Below, piece after piece: positions 1 to 9,914 of a stretch of DNA of 47,784 bases. The number at the start of each line of letters is the position of its first letter. Position 1 is the stretch's first letter. The translations under genes were made by a program, and so were the position numbers. The notes under the pieces were generated by a model. That model ran no database searches, was not told the origin of the DNA, and saw nothing but the letters and a program-made list of their open reading frames with translations. Source of the stretch: a virus (taxonomy: Duplodnaviria > Caudoviricetes); the IMG/VR virus record IMGVR_UViG_3300049139_000048, positions 1-47,784 of that record; one strand, written 5' to 3'.

Positions 1-197
1 GTACGGGTCTGGGGGAAACGGCCCCGAGAGGGCGACTGGACGGCTCGCAGGCGGGCGAGCCGGGGTCGGGGTGGCTGATCCGATGGCGCGCGGGAGTGGG
101 CCCGCAGATCGCCTCTCAGCCTCCCGACCCCACACCTCCTAGGGCGTATACGCAGGTCAACGCCCCGAAAGCGTGACATCCGCGCTACACTGGACCC

Positions 198-791
198 ATG
201 ACGACACGGACCTGCGACCAGTGCGGCGGCCCCATGCCGCTCATGGCGCGGGCGCACGCGGTCACCTGCTCGCCGCGGTGCCGTAAGGCGCGGTCGAGGA
301 AGCGGGCGACGGTGCCGGCCGAGCTCACTCGCCGGCCGCGCTGGATCCGGCACACCGCGCGGAAGGTTCCGTTGACGGTCGGCGGCGCGGTGGCGAGCAG
401 CACGGACTCGTCGACCTGGTCGCGGTACCGCGAGGCGGCGGCGAGCACGGCCGGTGTCGGGCTCGGGTTCGTCCTCGACGGTGACGGCGTCGTGTGCCTC
501 GACCTCGACCACTGCCTCGACGAGCAGGGCGAGCCGGCGCCGTGGGCGCGGACGATTCTCGACGCGGTCGGCGGCTCGTCGTGGGTCGAGGTGTCGCGGT
601 CCGGCGACGGGCTGCACGTGTGGGGCACTGGAGTTCTTCCCGGCGGCGCGGGCCGCCGGGTGACGGTCGGCGGTGGCGGCTCGGTCGAGCTGTACGGCAC
701 CGGCCGGTTCATCGCAGTGACCGGGACGACGTTCGGCGACACGCCGTCGCGTCTCGGGGACCTGCAGCACGTGATCGATTCTCTGCTGTAG
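198..791 (+). CDS. Stand-alone primase-polymerase (AEP/NrS-1-like N-terminal domain) with N-terminal Zn ribbon
   Basis: Motifs STW, GLGFVL, CLDLDHC, EVSRSGDGLHVW, ELYGTGRFIAVTG; CxxC...CSPRCR at N-terminus; TACACT -10-like hexamer at 186-191 suggests a leaderless start. Confidence 0.75.
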   Translation: MTTRTCDQCGGPMPLMARAHAVTCSPRCRKARSRKRATVPAELTRRPRWIRHTARKVPLTVGGAVASSTDSSTWSRYREAAASTAGVGLGFVLDGDGVVCLDLDHCLDEQGEPAPWARTILDAVGGSSWVEVSRSGDGLHVWGTGVLPGGAGRRVTVGGGGSVELYGTGRFIAVTGTTFGDTPSRLGDLQHVIDSLL

Positions 792-794
792 CGC

Positions 795-843
795 CCCGAC
801 ACGGGTGTGCTGCGGCGCACCCGACACGGGAGGTACAGCAATG
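795..843 (+). promoter_or_regulatory. Paired CCCGACACGGG motifs, the second overlapping the RBS
   Basis: CCCGACACGGG at 795-805 and 820-830; 819-843 matches 6256-6280 at 23 of 25 nt. Confidence 0.6.
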
Positions 844-1158
844 CCCAGGTTCCGTAAGCGGCCGGTCGAGGTCGAGGCGGTGCAACTGCGTTGGACGCAG
901 TGGAACGAGGTGTGCGAGATGCTCGGCGGCGCGCTGCTCGCTGAGAACCCAGACGGTGCCCGCGAGATCGACGCCGACCAAGCGTCGGACACATGCGGCG
1001 AGGAGGGGCCGACGTACATCGCGCTCGACGTGCGCACGGTGCACGGCGAGATCGCCACGGTCCGGCACGGCGATTGGATCCTGCCCGAAGCGAAGCCCGG
1101 CCGGTTCTACCCGGTCAAGCCGGACGTGTTCGCCGCGACGTACGAGCCGGTGCAGTGA
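841..1158 (+). CDS. Conserved phage hypothetical protein (RKRPVEVEAVQ...GDWIL...YPVKPDVF type)
   Basis: GGAGG RBS before ATG 841; common small phage protein pattern. Confidence 0.7.
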   Translation: MPRFRKRPVEVEAVQLRWTQWNEVCEMLGGALLAENPDGAREIDADQASDTCGEEGPTYIALDVRTVHGEIATVRHGDWILPEAKPGRFYPVKPDVFAATYEPVQ

Positions 1159-1790
1159 TGGCACGTCTGCAGATCCTCGAACTGCCCGAAGGCCCGGACG
1201 ACGAGCGGCCGCCGTTCGTCCTGGTCATCGACCAGGCCGAAGACAGCATCGGTCGTAGCCTGCGCCGCCATGCCGGCGTCCCCGAAGAGGCCGAGCTCAC
1301 AACCAACGTTGCGCACCTGATCGGCGCCCGCGGTGTGCTCGTCTTCGCCGAGACGATCGAGATCCCGGCGAACGAGATCCCGCTCGACGCCGACGGGCAC
1401 CCGGTCCGCCTGCGTGTCGAGGCGGATCTCTCGGCTTTCAATGAGCAGCTTGCCGCAGCGCAGGCGGCGGCCGCTGAACCGGTCACACCGATCCCGGCGA
1501 AGGTTCGGCGGGACGAAGCGTGGGACGGGCATTGGTTCGGGACACCGGGGTACCTCGACCCGCAACGCTGTTCGCAGTGTGGCATTGACCGGCGGTCCTG
1601 GGAGTTCGGCCGGGATCAACGGTCGTGCGAAACGGTGCAAGCGGACGACGAGTCGGGACACGACTTCCGACCCGTCGGGGAGAAGGGCACTCTGACCTGT
1701 CTCCGCTGCGCCGTTCCCCGGATCCAGTGGGCCGCTGGACGCAGCTCGCCACGCTGCGATGCGGGCCGCATGGCGACGGAGGTGAAGTGA
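1158..1790 (+). CDS. Hypothetical protein with two C-terminal CxxC...W...C repeats
   Basis: TGATG coupling to upstream gene; CSQCGIDRRSW..C and CLRCAVPRIQW..C. Confidence 0.6.
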   Translation: MARLQILELPEGPDDERPPFVLVIDQAEDSIGRSLRRHAGVPEEAELTTNVAHLIGARGVLVFAETIEIPANEIPLDADGHPVRLRVEADLSAFNEQLAAAQAAAAEPVTPIPAKVRRDEAWDGHWFGTPGYLDPQRCSQCGIDRRSWEFGRDQRSCETVQADDESGHDFRPVGEKGTLTCLRCAVPRIQWAAGRSSPRCDAGRMATEVK

Positions 1791-2278
1791 TGGCAGGCAT
1801 GGGACCGGCGCCGAAGGACCGTAAGGCGCGCCGCAACAAGGACGCGATCCCGCAGACCGTGCTCAGGTGGGAGCCCGCCGAGGCGCCCGAGCTGCCCGAG
1901 TTCCGCATCGAGCGCGACGGCGACCTGATCGAGTTCGTGTGGCCCGAGCGCACCCGCGAGTGGTGGCAGATGTGGGTCGACTCTCCGCAGGCCGACCATT
2001 TCGGGTCGTCCGACTGGCAGTTCCTGCTCGACACCGCCCTGATTCACGCGAAATTGTGGCGCGGCGATCTGTCTGCGGCGCCCGAGCTGCGCCTGCGGGT
2101 CGCGGCGTTCGGTGCGACGCCGGCCGACCGGGCACGGCTGCGCATGGTGTTCGCCGAGGCGGACGGCGCCGACGGTGGCAGCGGCCGGTCGGGGGGCAGC
2201 GGCCCGTCGGCCCGCGAGCGGTACGGGGCGGCGAAGCTGCGGTCACTGCCGGGCGGGAAAGCCGCCACCGACACGTAG
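1790..2278 (+). CDS. terS: Terminase small subunit
   Basis: MAGMGPAPK start, WW..W..SPQA, ELRLRVAAFGATPADRARLR actinophage TerS pattern; directly upstream of TerL. Confidence 0.85.
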   Translation: MAGMGPAPKDRKARRNKDAIPQTVLRWEPAEAPELPEFRIERDGDLIEFVWPERTREWWQMWVDSPQADHFGSSDWQFLLDTALIHAKLWRGDLSAAPELRLRVAAFGATPADRARLRMVFAEADGADGGSGRSGGSGPSARERYGAAKLRSLPGGKAATDT

Positions 2279-2288
2279 GGGGCTGGTC

Positions 2289-3965
2289 ATGCCGTGGCGC
2301 GGCCCCGAGTTCGAGGGCGAGCGCCCGACGTTGGGCTGGTACGTCCTCGACTGGATGATGCAGAACCTTGCACAGCCCGGCCGGGACGACGGCGAGCCGT
2401 TCGTGCCGACGCAAGAGCAAGCCGACTTCCTGGTCGCGTACTACGAGCTGCACCCGGTCACCGGGAAACGGGCCATTCACCGGGCGCTGCTCTCCCGCCC
2501 CCGCGGGTGGGGCAAGTCCCCGTTCGTCGGGGCGATCGCGCTCGCCGAGGCGTGCGCCGACGTCGTGCCCGACGGGTGGGACGCGTACGGCGAGCCGATC
2601 GGCCGGCCGTGGCACTCGATCCGCACGCCGCTCGTGCGCATCGCCGCGGTGACCGAGCAGCAGACCGACAACACGTGGACACCGTTGCTCGAAATGGCGC
2701 GCGGCCGGTCGCTGTCGACTGACTACGGCCTCGAAGTCCTCGACACCGTGATCTATCTGCCGCGCGGCGAGATCACCCCGATCACGTCGTCGGCCACGTC
2801 GGTCAAGGGCGACCCCGCGTGCTTCGCATCCCTCGACCAAACCGAGGAATGGAAAGAGAGCAACGGCGGGATCAAGCTCGCGAAGACGCTGCGGTTCAAC
2901 GCGACCAAACTCGGCGGCAGCATCATCGAGACGCCGAACGCTTTCACCCCCGGCGAGGGGTCCGTCGCGGAGAACTCGGCGGCCGACTATCAGGCGATCC
3001 TCGACGGCCGGTCACGGGCGCGCGGGATCCTGGTCGACCACCGCGAAGCGCCGCCCGAGACGGACATGACCGACGAGCGGTCGCTCGTCGCCGGGCTGCG
3101 GTACGCATACGGCGACAGCAGCGATCATCCCGACGGGTGTGTGCTGCACGACCCACCGTGCGCGCCCGGCTGGTCACCGATCGAGGGGATCACCGGCGCG
3201 TTCTGGGACACGTCGAACGAGCCGCAGGATCTACGCGCCGACTTCCTGAACCAGATCACGCACGCGTCGGATGCGTGGGTGACCGGGCCCGAGGTGCGCG
3301 CCACGTCCGACGTCGGCAAGCGGGTGGAGCCGGGCGAGCGGATCGTGCTCGGGTTCGACGGCAGCCGGAAACGGTCCCGCGGCGTGACGGATGCGACCGC
3401 GCTGATCGGCTGCCGGCTCAGCGACGGGCACCTGTTCGAGCTCGGTGTGTGGGAGCAGCCGAAGGGGTGGAAGCCGTCGACGGAGGATCCGAAAGAGGGC
3501 TGGCAGGTGCCGGTCGTCGAGGTCCTCGCGAAGGTGCACGAGGTGTTCGACACCTACGACGTGGTCGGCTGGTACGCCGACCCTGCCAAGTGGGAAAGCC
3601 ACGTGGCCGACTGGGAAGCGGCGTACGGTCCTCGGCTGCTCGTGAAGTCGACCCGGCAGCATCCAATCGAATGGTGGATGACCGGCGGCCGGTCGACGCT
3701 GATCGTCCGGGCGTTGGAGAAGTTTCACACCGCGCTCGTCGAGGGCGAGCTGACGCACGACGGATCGTCGGCGCTCGTACGGCACCTGCTCAACGCCCGG
3801 CGCCGCAAGACCCGCACCGGGATCCAGATCATGAAAGAGAACCCCGACAGCCCGAACAAGATCGACGGCGCGATCGCCGCGGTCCTCGCCTGGCAGTGCC
3901 GACTCGACGCGATCGCCGCAGGCATCGCCACCGAGGAAGAAGCCATGGGCGGGTTCACGTTCTGA
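2289..3965 (+). CDS. terL: Terminase large subunit
   Basis: Walker A-like SRPRGWGKSP; nuclease motifs LGFDGS..DATAL and KIDGAIA. Confidence 0.95.
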   Translation: MPWRGPEFEGERPTLGWYVLDWMMQNLAQPGRDDGEPFVPTQEQADFLVAYYELHPVTGKRAIHRALLSRPRGWGKSPFVGAIALAEACADVVPDGWDAYGEPIGRPWHSIRTPLVRIAAVTEQQTDNTWTPLLEMARGRSLSTDYGLEVLDTVIYLPRGEITPITSSATSVKGDPACFASLDQTEEWKESNGGIKLAKTLRFNATKLGGSIIETPNAFTPGEGSVAENSAADYQAILDGRSRARGILVDHREAPPETDMTDERSLVAGLRYAYGDSSDHPDGCVLHDPPCAPGWSPIEGITGAFWDTSNEPQDLRADFLNQITHASDAWVTGPEVRATSDVGKRVEPGERIVLGFDGSRKRSRGVTDATALIGCRLSDGHLFELGVWEQPKGWKPSTEDPKEGWQVPVVEVLAKVHEVFDTYDVVGWYADPAKWESHVADWEAAYGPRLLVKSTRQHPIEWWMTGGRSTLIVRALEKFHTALVEGELTHDGSSALVRHLLNARRRKTRTGIQIMKENPDSPNKIDGAIAAVLAWQCRLDAIAAGIATEEEAMGGFTF

Positions 3966-3986
3966 CGAGCCCGAGAGGGGGCGACC

Positions 3987-5420
3987 GTGCTCGACGAAAC
4001 CCCGGAGATCGACAACCCCGATTTCTGGCTGCTGCGTCTCGGGCGGAAGCTGCGGAAGCGGCAGGGGATCCTCGACGAGTGGTGGCGGTACTACCGGGGC
4101 CGGCCGCCGCTGCCGATGCTGCCGAAGAACGCCGAGCAGGCGTTCATCGACTTTCAGCGCAAGGCGCGCACGAACTTCTGCGGTCTGATCGCGAACGCGT
4201 CCGTGCACCGGCTGAACGCGCTCGGCGTCACCGGCCCGGACGGCGAGCCGGACGAAAACGCGTCGCGGTGGTGGCAGTTCAACCGGCTCGACAGCAGGCA
4301 GAAGCTCGTGTGGCGCACGGCGATGTCACAGTCGACGGGGTACATGCTCGTCGGCGATCACCCGACTCGGGTCGAGGACAACGGGCGCCCGTCGCCCCTG
4401 ATCACGCCGGAGCATCCGAGCGAATGCATCGTCGAGTACGACCCCGAGACCGGCGAGCCCATGGTCGGGCTGAAAGCCTGGCACTCCGATATCGACGGGT
4501 ACGGCCGGGCGGTCGTCCTGTTCGATGACGAGCGGTACGCCTACAAGACGAAGAACCGCAGCACGGCCCGGCTGCCGTGGGGGCCGGACTCATGGGAGCC
4601 CGTCGACGACGGCGTACCGCACGACCTCGGTCGGATGCCGCTGGTCGAGTTCGCACGGATGCCGGATCTCGGCGAGGACCCCGAGCCCGAGTTCGCCGTC
4701 GCCATGGACACGCAGGACCGGGTGAACCTCGGCATCCTGAACCGCATGGCCGCGAGCCGGTACACCGGGTTCCGGCAGAAGTTCGTGACGGGCCACAAGT
4801 TCCAGACGAAGACCGACCCGGTGACTGGGAAGCTCACGCTGATCGAGCAGCCGTTCATCCCTTCGCCGTCCGCGGTCTGGGCGTCCGAAGGCAAGGAGAC
4901 GAAGTTCGGGCAGCTCGACGCGACCGACCTGACCGGGTTCCTGAAGGAACACGCGTCCGACGTCCGCGACATGCTGATCATCAGCCAGACCCCCGCGTAC
5001 TACTACGCCGGCGACCTGGTGAACATCAGCGTCGACACGATCGGCGCCCTCGACATCCTGCACGTAGCGAAGGTGCGCGAGCACATCGCCGCGTTCGGCG
5101 AGGGTCTCGAGGCTGTGTTCGCGCTCGCCGCGGCGCAGGCCGGCGTGCCCGAGGACTACACCGAGGCGGAGGTGCGGTGGGAGAACCCGGCGCACATCAG
5201 CCTCGCAGTCAAGGCCGACGCCGCGACGAAAATGAAGTCGGTCGGCTACCCGCTCGACATCATCGCCGAGGACATGGGCGAGAGCCCGGCACGGGTTCGG
5301 CGGATCACGGGCGGTGCGGCGGCGCAGGCGCTGCTCGCCGCGTCGCTGCTGCCGGCCCCGGGCACCGCCCCGACGGCGGGCAACGTGGACGATGCGGCAG
5401 GCGGTGCGGCCGGTGGGTGA
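3987..5420 (+). CDS. Portal protein (SPP1 Gp6-like)
   Basis: 477 aa after TerL; YYRG, RTNFCGLI, KFGQL patterns typical of actinophage portals. Confidence 0.9.
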   Translation: MLDETPEIDNPDFWLLRLGRKLRKRQGILDEWWRYYRGRPPLPMLPKNAEQAFIDFQRKARTNFCGLIANASVHRLNALGVTGPDGEPDENASRWWQFNRLDSRQKLVWRTAMSQSTGYMLVGDHPTRVEDNGRPSPLITPEHPSECIVEYDPETGEPMVGLKAWHSDIDGYGRAVVLFDDERYAYKTKNRSTARLPWGPDSWEPVDDGVPHDLGRMPLVEFARMPDLGEDPEPEFAVAMDTQDRVNLGILNRMAASRYTGFRQKFVTGHKFQTKTDPVTGKLTLIEQPFIPSPSAVWASEGKETKFGQLDATDLTGFLKEHASDVRDMLIISQTPAYYYAGDLVNISVDTIGALDILHVAKVREHIAAFGEGLEAVFALAAAQAGVPEDYTEAEVRWENPAHISLAVKADAATKMKSVGYPLDIIAEDMGESPARVRRITGGAAAQALLAASLLPAPGTAPTAGNVDDAAGGAAGG

Positions 5421-6219
5421 GGCGCTGCAGCAGGCTCTCACCGACCGGTACGACGCACTGTCGGAAAGCCTGCGAACCCGGCTGATCTCGTTCGTGCTCG
5501 CCGCGTTCGACGGGCTCGGCGAGTACCGCGACGCGGACGCCGCCGAGTTCATCGAGCGGGTGCTGCCGATCGTCCTCGCGACGCAGCAGCAGATGGGGCA
5601 GATCACCGACGCCTATCTCACGGCGATGATTGCCGACCTGACCGGCGCCGGCGCGGCCCCGGCGGGGGTCGTCCTCGATGCGGCGCTGCGCGGCACACCG
5701 CCGGATGAGGTGTATCACCGCCCGTTCGTCACGCTGTACTCGGCGCTCGCGGCCGGGCACGACTTCGCCGACGCGGTCGGGCAGGGCAGGAACCGGCTGT
5801 TGTCCATCACCGAGACCGACCTGCAGCTCGCCCGGACGCACGCCGCCCGGCAGTCGATGACCCGCGGCGGTGCCCGGTTCTTCCGGCGTCGTCTCAGGAA
5901 GTCGTCCGGGACGTGTGCGCTGTGCGTAATCGCGTCGACGCAGCGGTACCGGGTCGAGAATTTGATGCCGATCCATCCGGGCTGCCACTGCAAACCCGAG
6001 CCGCTGCCCGATTCCCGGGATCCGGGGCAGGTCATCGACGAGCAGCTGCTGAAAGCGGCGCACGACGCGATCGCTCGGGACATCGGGCAGTCGGACCGCG
6101 GCGGCCGCGCGCCGGACTACCGCGAGGTCATCATCACCCGCGAACACGGCGAGATCGGGCCGCTGCTCGCGGTCCGACGACACGACTTCACGGGCCCGGA
6201 CGACATCCCGGCCGCGTGA
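5413..6219 (+). CDS. MuF-like head morphogenesis / capsid maturation protein
   Basis: CALC...IHPGCHC motif; between portal and scaffold. Confidence 0.75.
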   Translation: MGEALQQALTDRYDALSESLRTRLISFVLAAFDGLGEYRDADAAEFIERVLPIVLATQQQMGQITDAYLTAMIADLTGAGAAPAGVVLDAALRGTPPDEVYHRPFVTLYSALAAGHDFADAVGQGRNRLLSITETDLQLARTHAARQSMTRGGARFFRRRLRKSSGTCALCVIASTQRYRVENLMPIHPGCHCKPEPLPDSRDPGQVIDEQLLKAAHDAIARDIGQSDRGGRAPDYREVIITREHGEIGPLLAVRRHDFTGPDDIPAA

Positions 6220-6226
6220 CAGAACG

Positions 6227-6280
6227 GCGCCGACACGGCGCAGCACCACACCCCTACCCGACACGGGAGTTACAGCCATG
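6227..6280 (+). promoter_or_regulatory. Paired CCGACACGG motifs upstream of scaffold, the second overlapping the RBS
   Basis: GCGCC-GACAC-GGCGC at 6227-6241 and CCCGACACGGG at 6257-6267. Confidence 0.6.
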
Positions 6281-7054
6281 TCCGCACGCACCCTGCCCCG
6301 GCACGCCCGTACCGGGATCCTCGCGCTCGGCTACCGCAAGGGCCGCCCGTCCGCGGGCGAGGACCCGAGCGAGCGGTACCCGATCTGGCCGATCCTCGGC
6401 GGCGCCCCCGACGACGGGGACGACGACTCGGGCGGCGACGACAGCGACGACCAGGACGACGCCGACGAGTCCGACACGGACAACGACAGCGGCGACGAGT
6501 GGTCCGACGTCATCAAGCAATGGAAGGCAGAGGGGCTCAAGCCGAAGCAAATCGCCGAGCGGCTCAGCGCTTCACGGAAGTGGGAAAGCCGCGCGAAGAA
6601 GAACAGCAGCGCCGCCGAAGAACTCGCACGACTCAAGCGCGAGGGAATGAGCGAGACCGAGGCGGCGGTCGCCGCGGCCCGCGCCGAGGAACGAGTGAAG
6701 GGCGGCGAGCGTATCGCCCGCTCGTCGTTCCTGGCGGCAGCGAAGGGCCGCATCGCCGACCCGAAAGCGGTCGTCGAGGAGATCAACCTTCGCAAGTACG
6801 TCGACGACGACGGCGACGTCGACGACGACGCGATCGCCGCGCTTGTCGACAAGCTCGCCCCGACGCGGTCGGAGTCGGACGACGACGGCGACCAGGACGA
6901 CGAGCGCGACACGCGCCGCCGGCGTCGGCAGGGCGACGGCCACCAGGGCGCACGCAACGGCAGCGGACGCCGCAAGACCAAACGCGGTGCGGTCAACGGA
7001 AACGAGCTGTTCGAGGAACTGCTCGGCCGCAAGCCGCACACATCCTCCCGATAG
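6278..7054 (+). CDS. Capsid scaffolding protein
   Basis: Acidic low-complexity N-region, SRKWESRAK coiled coil, position before decoration and capsid genes. Confidence 0.8.
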   Translation: MSARTLPRHARTGILALGYRKGRPSAGEDPSERYPIWPILGGAPDDGDDDSGGDDSDDQDDADESDTDNDSGDEWSDVIKQWKAEGLKPKQIAERLSASRKWESRAKKNSSAAEELARLKREGMSETEAAVAAARAEERVKGGERIARSSFLAAAKGRIADPKAVVEEINLRKYVDDDGDVDDDAIAALVDKLAPTRSESDDDGDQDDERDTRRRRRQGDGHQGARNGSGRRKTKRGAVNGNELFEELLGRKPHTSSR

Positions 7055-7063
7055 GAGATCACC

Positions 7064-7459
7064 ATGGACCTGAGTCTCACGACTCAGACGTTCGGGGCCG
7101 ACGATCAGTCGTGGCTCGGTAGCGAGCACGGCACGCAGGCCACGGAGCCGGTCACCCTCGACACGTCGCTGTTCACCCCCGCCACGCACTACCCGCAGGG
7201 GTACTTCAAGAGCGGTTTCCCGCTCGGCAAGATCACGGCGACGGGCAAGTACGGCCCGTACTCGGGCGCCGCGGCCGACGGGCGCGAGACGCTCGTCGGG
7301 TTCCTGTACGCCGCCGTCAAGGCGCCGGCCGTGAACACGGTCGACGTCGCCGGCGCGATGCTCGTGCACGGCAAGGTGCGCGAGTCCCGACTGCCCACCG
7401 GTCACGGTGTCGACGCCGCCGGTAAGGCCGACGTCGCCGGCGCGATCCGGTTCATCTGA
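7064..7459 (+). CDS. Head decoration protein
   Basis: 131 aa; SGFPLGKITATGKYGPY...DGRET pattern; directly before the major capsid gene. Confidence 0.8.
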   Translation: MDLSLTTQTFGADDQSWLGSEHGTQATEPVTLDTSLFTPATHYPQGYFKSGFPLGKITATGKYGPYSGAAADGRETLVGFLYAAVKAPAVNTVDVAGAMLVHGKVRESRLPTGHGVDAAGKADVAGAIRFI

Positions 7460-7474
7460 GAGGGGGTGGCGTAG

Positions 7475-8530
7475 ATGGCATGGGTTCTCGACACGGATTA
7501 CATCGAGCCGGAAGAACTGACTGCGCTGGTGCGGGCATCGCTCGCCGAGCAGCAGGTCAACCGGTTCACGCTGTCGCGGTGGCTGCCGAACGTGGCGATC
7601 GACGACATCACGTTCAAGTTCACGAAGGGCGGCACGGGCGGGCTCGCCGACGCGTCGGTCTACCGGTCGTGGGACACCGAGTCCCGGATCGGCCGGCGCG
7701 AGGGTATCGCACAGGTGATGGGCGAACTGCCGCCGATCTCCGAAAAGATCCCGCTGAACGAGTACGACGCGCTGCGGATCCGGTCGCTCGACAGCACGGA
7801 TCCGATGCGTCGGGCGATCGCTCAGGACGCATACCGGATCGCGACGAACATCGCCGCCCGGTTCGAGCTGGGCAAGGGTGAGGCGCTCGCGAACGGTACG
7901 TTCACGATCAGCGAGAACGGCGTCATCCTCGACCCGGTCAACTTCGGCCGCCGCGCCGAGCACTCGGTCACCGCGGCGACGCTGTGGTCGGACCACGCCA
8001 ACGCCGACCCGCTCGGCGACCTCGAAGCGTGGGTGCAGGTGTACATCGACAACCGGGGCCGGCCGCCGGCGCTCATGATGATGCCGCGCACCGTGCTGTC
8101 GCACCTGCGGCAGTGCGATCAGATCGTGCGGCAGGTGTACCCGCTGGCCCCGTCCGGCTCGGCGCCGATGGTGTCGGTCGAGCAGCTGAACACGGTGCTC
8201 GACTCGCTCGACCTGCCGCGCATCGAGCTCAACGATGCGCGTGTGTCGGTCAACGGCACCCCGACGCGGGTCATGCCGTCCGACGCGCTCGTGTTCCTGC
8301 CCGAGCCGGGTCCCACGGACGCGGCGCAGCCGACCGACCTCGGCGGGTTCCTGCTCGGCACGACGGCCGAGTCGCTGGAACCCGAGTACGAGAGCGTCGA
8401 CGGCCGGGCCGGCGTCGTGGCGGCGACGTGGAAGACCAAGGACCCGGTGAGGCTGTGGACGCATGCGGCCGCGGTCGGCATGCCCGTGGTCCGCGAACCC
8501 GACGACACGTTCAAGGCGAAGGTGATCTGA
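7475..8530 (+). CDS. Major capsid protein (lambda gpE-like)
   Basis: 351 aa; ELPPISEK, W.D...DPLGDL, DPVRLWT..AAVGMPV patterns. Confidence 0.9.
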   Translation: MAWVLDTDYIEPEELTALVRASLAEQQVNRFTLSRWLPNVAIDDITFKFTKGGTGGLADASVYRSWDTESRIGRREGIAQVMGELPPISEKIPLNEYDALRIRSLDSTDPMRRAIAQDAYRIATNIAARFELGKGEALANGTFTISENGVILDPVNFGRRAEHSVTAATLWSDHANADPLGDLEAWVQVYIDNRGRPPALMMMPRTVLSHLRQCDQIVRQVYPLAPSGSAPMVSVEQLNTVLDSLDLPRIELNDARVSVNGTPTRVMPSDALVFLPEPGPTDAAQPTDLGGFLLGTTAESLEPEYESVDGRAGVVAATWKTKDPVRLWTHAAAVGMPVVREPDDTFKAKVI

Positions 8531-8883
8531 TGGCTCGCCGACTGAACACGCACGTGCACGTCGCCGGGGCCTGGTACGGGCCCGACGACACGGTGCCCGA
8601 CGACGTCGCCGGGAAGATCGGCGACCACGCGTGGGCCGACGATGACCAGGACGACGGCGGCACGGTCGGGTTCACCGACCCGGCCGACGGCGACCAGGGC
8701 AACCGGGGCGAGGGTGGCGGCGTCGAGGCGCCGCCCCGATCGGGCCGCGGGTCGGGCGTCGAGGCGTGGCGGGCATTCGCCGGGCAGAACGACCTCGACG
8801 TCGCCGACGACGCGAACCGCGAGGACATCATCGCGGCCGCCGAGCAGGCCGGGCTCGTCGAGCCCGAGCAGCCGAGGGAGTAG
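8530..8883 (+). CDS. Hypothetical head-associated protein
   Basis: TGATG-coupled to capsid gene; PPRSGRGS...W..FA...REDIIAA C-terminal domain. Confidence 0.7.
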   Translation: MARRLNTHVHVAGAWYGPDDTVPDDVAGKIGDHAWADDDQDDGGTVGFTDPADGDQGNRGEGGGVEAPPRSGRGSGVEAWRAFAGQNDLDVADDANREDIIAAAEQAGLVEPEQPRE

Positions 8884-8888
8884 GGCGC

Positions 8889-9287
8889 ATGGCGGCGTAC
8901 GCGACAGTCGAGGACTACGAAGCACGCGCCGCCGTCACCCTCGCCGGTGCGAAGCGCGCGCAGGTCGAGGCGTACCTCGACGACGCGTCGGCGCTGATGC
9001 GCCGACACATCCCGGACGGCTACCTGCCGGACGCGGAAACGCTGCGCGCGATCGCGGTCGCGGTGACCCGCCGGGTGATGGCAAACCCCGGCGGGTACCG
9101 TCAGCGCACCATCGGGCAGTACGCCGAGACGCTCGGCGAGAACGGCGGTCTGTACCTGACCGACGACGAGAAGCTGCAGCTGTCGCCGCCCGAGGTTCTC
9201 GACCCGGACGCCGATGCCGCGTACTCGCTCGACCTCGACCCGGGGCTGCCCGGGTGGGTCAACGACACGGCGTGGGGGCGGCTGTGA
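8889..9287 (+). CDS. Head-to-tail adaptor
   Basis: YATVED, LDDASAL, NPGG.RQ.TIG.Y, GGLYLTDDE. Confidence 0.85.
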   Translation: MAAYATVEDYEARAAVTLAGAKRAQVEAYLDDASALMRRHIPDGYLPDAETLRAIAVAVTRRVMANPGGYRQRTIGQYAETLGENGGLYLTDDEKLQLSPPEVLDPDADAAYSLDLDPGLPGWVNDTAWGRL

Positions 9288-9637
9288 TCGACGACGGGCT
9301 GCTGCCGCACCTGGTCGACGTCGAGAACCCGGGCGAGACGACAGACCGGTACGGGAACACGGTTGTCGACTGGACGGTGTCGACGCACCACAACGTCGCG
9401 GCGTGGCTGCAGCAGAACACCGGCGCCGAGGACACCGACCAACGCGACGCGCAGATCGGCGAATGGCTCATGATCTGCAACCCGCACACCGTCGACGGCG
9501 ACCCGCTCACCGTGTACGGGAACGCCCGAGTGCACTGGAACGGGCAGCAGTTCGAGGTGATCGGCCCGGCCGGCCCGGCGTACACGCCGAGCGAGCTGCA
9601 CCACTACGAGATCAGGCTCAAGACCGTGGAGGGGTGA
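9284..9637 (+). CDS. Head-to-tail stopper
   Basis: DRYGN..DW, FEVIG.., HHYEIRL..VEG; synteny. Confidence 0.8.
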   Translation: MIDDGLLPHLVDVENPGETTDRYGNTVVDWTVSTHHNVAAWLQQNTGAEDTDQRDAQIGEWLMICNPHTVDGDPLTVYGNARVHWNGQQFEVIGPAGPAYTPSELHHYEIRLKTVEG

Positions 9638-9641
9638 TCGT

Positions 9642-9914
9642 ATGGCGCGCAGCGGATTCAGGTTCGTCCCGAACGGCCGCGGGATCGCGTCGCTGCTGAA
9701 GACGCCGGGCACCCGGCGGGCGGTCGAGGACAAGACCCGGGAGATCGAGGCCGAGGCGGTCCGGGCCGCCGAGCCCGACGCCGGGCACTTCCGTACGGAC
9801 ATGACCGACGAGCCGAAGCGCCCCCGCGGTGCCGTGATCGGCGACTATGCGACGTCGGACCCCGAAGAGTCCCGGCGGGCGCTGCTGCGCGGTCTGGAAG
9901 GCGGCAGGACGTGA
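9642..9914 (+). CDS. Neck/tail completion protein (hypothetical)
   Basis: Synteny between stopper and terminator; F.PN.RGI..LLK. Confidence 0.6.
   Translation: MARSGFRFVPNGRGIASLLKTPGTRRAVEDKTREIEAEAVRAAEPDAGHFRTDMTDEPKRPRGAVIGDYATSDPEESRRALLRGLEGGRT

Noticed and set aside
1-170. Possible cos/pac or genome terminus at the window start
   Set aside because: Position before the terminases fits, but no terminus can be defined without read data or flanking sequence
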